Source of the DNA: an uncultured Bacillota bacterium
GTDB lineage: Bacteria > Bacillota > Clostridia > Christensenellales > UBA1242
Assembly: GCA_949296805.1 (NCBI GenBank)
Contig: CASFPO010000007.1
Coordinates: 17,291-81,290 of the forward strand
Length of the DNA: 64,000 nucleotides
Direction: 5' to 3'
The position numbers and the translations under genes were made by a program. The notes under the pieces were generated by a model. The model did not search any database. It saw only the letters and a program-made list of their open reading frames with translations, and was not told the origin of the DNA. Shown here piece by piece: positions 25,258 to 34,100 of this stretch. Every line of letters begins with the position of its first letter. The first letter of the stretch is position 1.

Positions 25258-25577
25258 TAGAGAAAAAAACTGCGCTATTGTTTCTGTTCACGCTCTGCGT
25301 GAAAATGAAACCCTTTCGCTTGTTTTTTTCTCCCGGGGTTCCCTGAAAATCGTAAGATTTTTAGGGTGGTCATCGGGTTCCCTGAAAATCGTAAGATTTT
25401 TAGGGTCACTTCCGCACCAAACGTAAATGCTTGCCTAAAAGGGTACCCATAAAATTGTCAAATTTTATGGGATAAAAAATAAACGAGCATTACCGCAAAT
25501 ATTGTGAAACAATTTTGCCTGAGCGTAGTTTATTTCGTGAGTTAAGACTTTCTACAATGAAACCCTTTCGCTTGTTT
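25258..25577 (+). repeat. tRNA-Ser-linked modular hairpin cassette bounded by a 22-bp direct repeat
   Basis: DR AATGAAACCCTTTCGCTTGTTT at 25304-25325 and 25556-25577. Hairpins CCCTGAAAATC-GTAA-GATTTTTAGGG x2 (25335-25413) and CCCATAAAATT-GTCA-AATTTTATGGG (25441-25477). Shares the CCGCACCAAACGTAAAT and AAACGAGC..GCCTGAGCGTAGTTT modules with the tRNA-Glu cassette. Confidence 0.8.
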
Positions 25578-25631
25578 GACCTTCTGCGTAAAAATTTTGA
25601 CTTTGTTATTTAACAATTAAAAGGATATGTT

Positions 25632-26576
25632 ATGAAAAAATTTAAGGTTATAGTTGATACTGACCCTGGCGTTGATGATACCGCCTGCATCGTGTTTATG
25701 CTTTTTGATAAAAAACTTGATATCAAACTTTTTACTACCGTCTCTGGCAATGTTAAACTTAAGTCTGCCACGAGAAACTTGCTCCATATCCTTGAAAAGT
25801 TTGGCAAAGATTATCCCGTTGCGATGGGAGCTAGCAAGGCTATGTATAGAGAAACGCCGACCGCTGAAAATGTTCACTCTAAAGAAGGTATGGGTGGATA
25901 TATCCCGCCAAAGAGTGTAAAGCTTTCCCCTTTAAAAGAAGATGCAGTTTCGGCAATGTATAAAGTTTTGATGGAGGGCGATGGGGATATCATCCCTATT
26001 GTTCTTGGCCCGCATACAAATATGGGACTACTTTTAACCAAACACCCTGAGGTTATCAAAAAGATACCAAAGATAATCTTTATGGGCGGTTCGCCTTTTG
26101 GCGTTCCTGGCTTTCCTGACCACATTTCCTTTAATATCCGCTCTGACCCTGAAGCTTTTAAGATTGTGCTTGAAAGTGGTATCCCTCTTGTGATGGTTCC
26201 CTCTGATATGGGAAGAAGAAAGGCATACCTAACCGAAGAGCTTGTCTATCAAATCAGAGACACAAACGATGTGGGAAAATTTTTGTTTACAATGTATGAC
26301 AAATACTGGGAAAGATTTTTCCCAGACAAGCGAATTGCCACCAACGACACCTGTGCCTATATCTATCTTACCCACCCTCATCTTTTTAAATGCAAAAAGG
26401 TTGAGGTTAAAGTTGACCTTGAAGAAACTCCCGGCAAAACCTTTGTTAACTTTAACAAAAAAGGTCATATAAAATTGACGATAAGTGTAAAGCGAAAAAG
26501 ATTTTTAAAATTATATATGAAAAAATTAAAAGAACTTTCTTTTATCAAGTTTGACATGCCACAGGATAATAAATAA
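25632..26576 (+). CDS. Nucleoside hydrolase (inosine-uridine preferring, IUNH family)
   Basis: 314 aa. N-terminal VIVDTDPGVDDTACIVFML (DxDxxxDD Ca-binding motif). Confidence 0.88.
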   Translation: MKKFKVIVDTDPGVDDTACIVFMLFDKKLDIKLFTTVSGNVKLKSATRNLLHILEKFGKDYPVAMGASKAMYRETPTAENVHSKEGMGGYIPPKSVKLSPLKEDAVSAMYKVLMEGDGDIIPIVLGPHTNMGLLLTKHPEVIKKIPKIIFMGGSPFGVPGFPDHISFNIRSDPEAFKIVLESGIPLVMVPSDMGRRKAYLTEELVYQIRDTNDVGKFLFTMYDKYWERFFPDKRIATNDTCAYIYLTHPHLFKCKKVEVKVDLEETPGKTFVNFNKKGHIKLTISVKRKRFLKLYMKKLKELSFIKFDMPQDNK

Positions 26577-26582
26577 TGTTAA

Positions 26583-26630
26583 AAAAAGACTTAAAACTTG
26601 GCTTAAATATTGCTAGTTTATAAGTCTTTT
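26583..26630 (+). terminator. Intrinsic terminator (long bulged stem flanked by A7/T7)
   Basis: AGACTTAAAACT (26587-26598) pairs with AGTTTATAAGTCT (26615-26627) with one bulge, followed by T7. Confidence 0.6.
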
Positions 26631-26930
26631 TTTGTCGAATAATTTGAATTTTTGTTGAATTTTTTGTATTTTTGTTGAATTATTTGAATTTTTTTGTATT
26701 TTTGTTGAATATTTTGTATTTTTTTGTAATTTTATGTATTTTTGTTGAATTTTTTGTAAAATTGTTGATTTTTTTGTATTTTTATGAATTTTTGTTGAAT
26801 TATTTACAATTTTCGACATTTTTTTATATTTTTTAAAATAATATTTTCTACAATATTTTTTATTATTTTACATTATTTTTTATTTTTTGATAATTTTATT
26901 TATTTTTTGACAAAATTTGACAAAGTTTTT
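26631..26930 (+). repeat. About 30 units of the same exactly 10-bp-phased repeat family (TTTGTTGAAT / TTTTTGTATT), grading into phased T-tracts
   Basis: In register with the print blocks. TGTTGAA x5, exact TGTCGAA at 26633-26639 and inverted TTCGACA at 26812-26818. Confidence 0.9.
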
Positions 26931-28002
26931 ATTCTTTTAAGTTATTAAAAAAGTTTTCATTATAAAGCACGCTAGCATTATCTGGCTTAAATTTTTTGGA
27001 AAGCTTATGATAAAACTTTGACCGCTTTTTATCCCCTAATCTATAATAACATACGCATAGCTCAAGGGCTGGCAAAAATTGGTAGCAGTCAAGGTTTACA
27101 AATCCGCCACCTGCCACATTTGGTTTTGCTTGCAAGGCTTGTTCGTACCAATATATTGCCTTTTTATATTCTCCGCTCTCCTCAAAGATTTTACCAATTT
27201 CAAACAGTACTTCCCCTCTTGGCAAGTCATAGACGAAGGAGCCAAAGAGTGCAGTTAAGGCATTGTTCTTTTCCTTTTTAAGTTGATAACATTTTGAGAG
27301 ATTTAAACAGGCTTCTATATTATTCTCGCTCCAGCCCTTGCCTTGCGAGAGAAAGACGGCAAAGGTGTGGATTGCCTCATCGATGAGATTGTTATAGTAT
27401 AGCTCCCTTGCATAGTAAAATTGTTGCCGTGGCGTAAAGGTTTTACCAGAGCTGAGCATTCTACGATATATATTTAAGTTCCTATCAGTGTGAGGTTTAT
27501 CTTTTCGGTTATGAAAAACAGATATATCCTCTCGGTAGATAACTTTGCCTTGAAGAGAGATAACTTCGTGAATTGGGTCTTGAAAGCGAAAGAGCGGGCT
27601 GTTTTTGACTATTCGCTCTCGCATAAATTTAAAGGTCGGCTCAAAGTTTTTTGTATAGGCAGTGACGTAGGAGCACATAACTACATCAAAATCCTGCTCG
27701 CTTGCTTTTAGCTCCTTTATCTTTTCCACGCTGTCCTTTAAGACAAGGTCATCGCCATCAAGCCACATAATATAGTCACTTGTTGCCTTATCAAAAGAAA
27801 AATTTCTTGCCTTTGAAAAGTCGTACACCCATTCAAAAAAGTAGACTTTATCGGTAAACTGCTTTGCTATCTCTACCGTTTTGTCTGTAGAGCCTGTATC
27901 GACTACAATTATCTCGTCTACGCAGTCTTTGACGCTTGTTAGGCACTCGGCTAGAGTTTTTTCTTCATCTTTTACTATTAGGCATAGTGATAGAGTTTTC
28001 AT
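26929..28002 (-). CDS. Family-2 glycosyltransferase fused to TPR repeats
   Basis: LSLCLIVKDEEKTLAECL...VVDTGSTDKT...WLDGDD (GT2 DxD), then a TPR-like C-terminal half (YYNNLIDEAIHTF..., EYKKAIYWYEQALQ). Confidence 0.82.
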   Translation of the reverse strand: MKTLSLCLIVKDEEKTLAECLTSVKDCVDEIIVVDTGSTDKTVEIAKQFTDKVYFFEWVYDFSKARNFSFDKATSDYIMWLDGDDLVLKDSVEKIKELKASEQDFDVVMCSYVTAYTKNFEPTFKFMRERIVKNSPLFRFQDPIHEVISLQGKVIYREDISVFHNRKDKPHTDRNLNIYRRMLSSGKTFTPRQQFYYARELYYNNLIDEAIHTFAVFLSQGKGWSENNIEACLNLSKCYQLKKEKNNALTALFGSFVYDLPRGEVLFEIGKIFEESGEYKKAIYWYEQALQAKPNVAGGGFVNLDCYQFLPALELCVCYYRLGDKKRSKFYHKLSKKFKPDNASVLYNENFFNNLKE

Positions 28003-28193
28003 AGTTTAATATATGTTTTTTATTTTATATTTGATAATTTCTTTTTAATTTATTTTTTATAAATATTTTTATAATTTACGCAAATAATTATTTTATATAT
28101 ATTTATATAAATTAATATATATTTCGTCAAAATATTTTGATTTTTTCCATCACTATGATAAAATGCTTATATATGAATAAGAGGTGTAAAGTT

Positions 28194-31100
28194 ATGATTA
28201 GTAAAAGATTATTTAACGGATTTATAATTTCTTTTATTTTAATTGGTCTTCTAGCTTGCGGTATGTTTTTTTCGAGTAACAAACTGCCTAGTACCTTTGC
28301 TGAGCCACCAACCTATCAAATGATTGAAAATACTCAGTATGACTATCTTGATGTTAACCAAAACAATACTACTGGCAATTATCAAGATACCATCTTTCTT
28401 ATGCAAGGCGGTCAGACTGGTAGCTCGATTGATGTAAGCATAGCGAGAGGAGACCTTATATCCAACTCACTTGGCAATCAAAACTATGCTTACATTTCAG
28501 GTTTGGATGAAAGCGGAACGCCAAGAGAATATTATTACTTTAGTTTTCCTAACAACCTTTCACTTTACTATAACTTGACCAACACCCAGGTTGAGAGCGG
28601 ACAGAGTGGCACCAACCTTTTGCAAGAACAACTTATCAGCACTTATGCAACCTCTAATGGAGATAACGCTTTTGCTATTGAAAGTATTGGACTTACTCCG
28701 CAAAAGCTGGAAATTTCCTTTCTACTTAACACTCTTGAAAGTCAACCTCAGTTTTCTGGCAATCAGGTAATTTTAAATCAAGAGGGAATTTACACCTTAG
28801 TCATCAACGTCAACCTTTACTTTACAGATAATGGCGGAATAACCTTTACTCCTAGTGTTGCCACCATCTACTACACCTTTATGGTTTTCAACTCGGAAAC
28901 TTACTTTAATTTCTCCTCTGGTCTGCCTAACCTTACACCTTCTTCCAATATGCAGTCTACGGCACTACCTTCTTCAAACAGATTTTCAAGATATTATTTT
29001 TATAACTACTCCTATAGTGGAGATTCATTAACTGACCCAAATGCCCTTGCTACAATCTCTTACAATCCAAACCTTTATCAGCTTACCATAACCTATGTTG
29101 ACTTAAATAGTAACAGTTACACCTCTACTTTGGTTTATAGTAATGGAGAGTTCTCGCAAGTGGACGACAATGGAAATGTTATTGACGAGAGCGAATACTT
29201 TGTGCAAAGTTATCTTGAGGGCGAAGATGGAAAAGTTGTATTTTTAAATCTTGGCTACTATGATATCTCTTTGCAGTACCTTTACACTTCTGAGCAAAAT
29301 GTATACGAGCTTCCACTTGACCAGCTTGAGAACACCACCCTTTTAAATAAAGACCAACGCTTGTATATCTATGGCTATCAAGCAGTATATTCTGACTATG
29401 CAAGCATTGACCCTGTAACTAATCAGCCTGAGGCAGTGGAGCTAAAAACCTATAACTTAGAGGAGCTTGTTCAAGAAAACAGCGCTGATATTACCGCTTC
29501 TGTAAACAACTATTTGGTAAATCATCCAGATATTATAGGAAGCTCGGCAAACAATACCAGCAATCCTATAAGTTATGTTGGAGTAAACTACAAGACGGTA
29601 AGTGCTCCTATGCCTTTTGATAACGACCTGATTGAAACGATGGCTTTAACTTATCTAAATGAACTTGAAATAAGCCCTGCCTCTACCAATCAAACGCCTA
29701 TCAAGTTTATCACAAACGGCAACCTTTCAGCAGTTAACAGTAGAATTTATAGGCTTACCACCACAAGAACTGATGGAATAGTAAGTTATCAAACTGATGG
29801 CTATTCTAACTTTGAAGGCTTTAACCAAAACGAGCCAGGAATTTACCTTTACCTTATTCAATACTCCTATGACAATTACCTTTCTACTACTGGTACTTTG
29901 CAAAACTCTTACTATCACTATCAGATATTCTTCTTTGAAATTACCAACACACTGCCAACTGTAACTGTGCTAGATGAAGAGTTGAATGAAGTTTACGCCT
30001 CTGGCTTTACTAACAAAGGTGTGTACATAATAAATGACTCGCAAAGCAATAATTATGACGCTGAGGTCACTATCACACTTTCTGCCTATAACTATAACAG
30101 AGAAAATGATAACGATAACAGAGAAAATGATAACTATAACAGAGAAAATTATTACTATTACGACCAAGATATAACTACCCTTTCAAATTATGGCATATAC
30201 TACACCTACTTTGAGTATTTATCGGGCGAAGAAAATAGCCTTTATAACGAAAAGCTTGGTGGAAAGTATGGAATTTATATTGACCCGTCTAACCCTTACT
30301 CAAACGCCTACTATACAATCAATGTTTACTCAGCTAACACCACCCAGCCAAGTACCAAATATTTTACTATAGACACAAGTGAAATCAGCGGAATAAGTGC
30401 AAGAAGTGTAAGCTTTTCTTCAAACAACACCTACAGAATAGGCTCAGCCCTTTCTTCCTATAACACAAATCAACCTACTGTATTTTCTTGGAATGAAAAG
30501 CCTAGCGGAGCTAGAACTTATGGCTATGTAAAATATATACCGCTTTCTAGCATCAATTATTACTCCTCTCAAACAAATTCGGCAAGTTTGACTCAGCTAT
30601 TAAATTACTGGCTAGATGAGGGTATACTTCCAGTTTCTTATAAGATTGACTTCTCGCAAACAAATCAATCGTCGTGGTCAGAATATCGCAACTCACTATC
30701 CTTTACCTCGACCATTGACGCCACCTATGTTAAATCTAATGCTGGGTTCTATATTCTAGAAGTCTATGACCAGGCTGGAAACTCAAAATTTGAGGTATTC
30801 TTGCTTGACACCACACAGCCACTCTTTGTTCAACATACCCAGTATAATAGCGAAATTAGACAGATTATGACCAACAATCAAAGCATTTCAGTCCCTGAAA
30901 GTGGAACAAGAATGTGGATTGAGTGGGGAAGCCAAAAAGCTATCTATCTAGAAAGTTTAGAAGCTTATCAGTTAATCACTCCTTACCGCTACAGTCCTGA
31001 CTATCAAGCTGACGCTGTAAGGCTAAGCGAAAAGCTAAATGAATTTTTCTCCTCTAGCAGTGAGGATATTTACAGAGCTACTACCATTACAGTTGGTACT

Positions 31101-34100
31101 GTAAATTCGACTACAGAAAGCGGTCAAGTGACTACAGGAATAAGTAGTTATAACGGCAACTATCTTTTGATTGACATTGATGAGGTTAGCTTTATACGGG
31201 ATACCACTTCAAGCACCTACTCTCGCTGGCAAGGAATATATAGCTATGAGCTTACCTTCCTTGACGAAAATAATGAGGCGATTGAAGGCACTTACCGAAT
31301 ATTGATTAGAGATAGTTCTAACAGCTATATAACAGGCAATGAGACCTATGACTTTTTAAATAATCCAAGTGCCTTTTTAACCTTTAATGTTACCTCTGAT
31401 GACGCAAAGCTTTCTGTCTACCGAGGCGAAGGCGAACTGCTTGCCTTTTCAAGCTTTAACAATTCTGGCAACCTTTACTATTATGAAGAGAACGGCGAAA
31501 CTATCTACACCCACCTGCCTGTTATCAATGAGACAGACCTAGAGCAAAGTGAACTGACTTATCGCTTTGCCTACTACTCGCCTGTCAACGCTGATGAAAA
31601 CTTGATTGTTTCCTTTATTCCACTTGCTGAAAACGGCTCAACACTTGAATATGTTACGGTAACTTACTACCCTTACATAAAATCACAATATGTTGTAGAT
31701 GGTGTATACTATTACTATTATGATATATCAGATAACCCTCAAGATATACAACAAATACCTATCTTTACCTATTCAAGCAATGACACTTATGAACCTGGTG
31801 CCGTAGTTACCTTTGACTTATCTCTTGGAAGTGGTACCTTGCCATCGGCTGGGCGTTATGTGCTTGAAAGACAATATATAGAAGGCAATGAAACTGACCA
31901 ATATGACTACTTTAGAAGAACTATTACCTTTGATGTAGACGAGTTTGGCATTATCTCTCCACTTGAAACGGTAGATAACGGAGAAAGCTCTTCGCTTGAG
32001 AGCATAGTTGGTGGAGATATCATCCTTAGTATGTATAGTGGCGAGGGCAATTCGTCAATTGAGGTTTCCTTCCCAAGCTACAGTCAAGATACCGGGCTTA
32101 ACAGTGGCTCTTTCTACACCCAAGAGGAGTTTGTAAGCGAGGATATCGTGCCAAGTTTTAGCGTTTCTGGAAACAAGCTACCTATGAGCTTGTATGTTCC
32201 AAAGTACAAGTTTACCACTCACGCTGTATATGACGAGGCAACAAATAGCTACTCGGTAAATTACAATAATGGACTTTCCTATTATGGCAACAGCTACTAT
32301 AGCTTAGGCAGTGACAATCTTTGGCATGTCTACTCAGAGGGCGTAGAGATTAGCGAGCCTTTTAATAGCGAAAGCGAAGCCCTTGCCTTCCTTCAAGACA
32401 AAGCTTCGATTGCTGAATATGTTCTTCAAGCAAAAATTGTTGCTTATGTTACAGAAAATGGCATAAGCACCACTAAATATTACTACTCTGACGGAAGCAC
32501 AACAAATGGATACCTAAACTTTTTTGAAACAGCAGAAAATGGTATTATAACTTCTACCTCTCCTGCGGTAGACAACTTCTACTTGCAAGGAAATTATGTT
32601 GTAACTTTATATCAATCCTATAACGACCCGCAAAGCTCCTTCTATTCTTTCTACAAGTTTGGCTTTGTGATAGAATCAGATGAGCCTGAGTATAACCTTC
32701 TTGATAGTGAGGGTTATCAGCTTAATGAGGTAACTCCTGGGGTATATTACACCAACAGTGACAGCATAACTGTTCAGTGGGAAGTGCCTACTAGCAACTA
32801 CCAAGCAAAAATTAATGAGGACTTTGATTATATCTATATAACCTCTTCGGGAAGTTTTTCTCACAGTGGCGAAGTTATAGCCGATGGCAATACGAGGTCA
32901 TTTACTATAGACTGCTCTGATTTAATCTTGACAAATGGCTCTTCACTTTCTATCACTTTGGAATTTGAAGGTCATAACTCTTCCTTCTACAGACGAACAA
33001 CTAAAACTATCTATTTTGATAGGTCTGCACCGCTTGAGAACCTAAATAACCTTATGGCAAACACCGAGAGTGCGACCGAAATCTTTACAACAAACTATCA
33101 ACAGCTAGAGTTTAGGTCTTATCAAGACTATCAAGGAGAGGCGCTTGAGGTTACTGCCTCGAACCTAAGCGAAATAGCAAATGCTAGCTACTCTTACACT
33201 ATCTCTACTGGAACCTTTAGGTATTTTAGCTATAATGTTACAACTTCTTTCTTTAATGATGTGCTTATGCAAAGCTTAAGAAATGCTTCTACTAATACCT
33301 TTGGCACACAGGAAATATATTATAGGCAAATACCAGCACTCGACTCCTACACACAAGTGGATAGGCATTCCTTTGCAGAAAACAGTTACTTCTCGCTTAT
33401 GGTTGATGATAATCTGTCGCTCAGCTGTGGCTATTATGAGATTGTTGAGCGTGACCACGCTGGCAATATGACAGTGTATCTTGTCTATGTAATCGACTCT
33501 ACCTTTGAGGTAGACGAAAACGTTTCAGATATTGCACTAAGCTATATAAACAATAATCATACCGAAAGTAATTATGTTTACTCAAGTCAAATTTCCAACG
33601 GCTATAATATCTATTCTAACAGCGGATTTACCCTTGAGCAAGTTTCATATAAATCTGACCCTTGGAATATCTTCTACGTTCAACTTTACGGGCAGAGCCC
33701 AGTAAGATATTTGACTTCGCCTTGGCTTGAAGAGGGTTATGTTTATAGGGTTACTATAAGCTCCTCTGCAATAGATTTTCAGCAGATTGCCCTTTCTACC
33801 ATCTTTGCTAGTGTTGAATCTTCTAGCAACAAACATATCCTTACTTTGACGGATAGAACTTCTGGCAGTATGCAAAATGTTTATCTAGCTATAATGGACG
33901 CCAATATCTACACCGAAAAGGTTGAGGACCCGCAAAGAACATCGGCAATATTAAATATTTCAGTGCCGACGCTCGCTCAATACCAAAGCACTACCACCGC
34001 TTATGTATTTCCTACAAATATCAAGATTTATCAGTTTAATCCACTCTCCTCTCAAGAAGATGGCTATGATATCTTGATGGAAGCAAATCAGCTGACCTAT

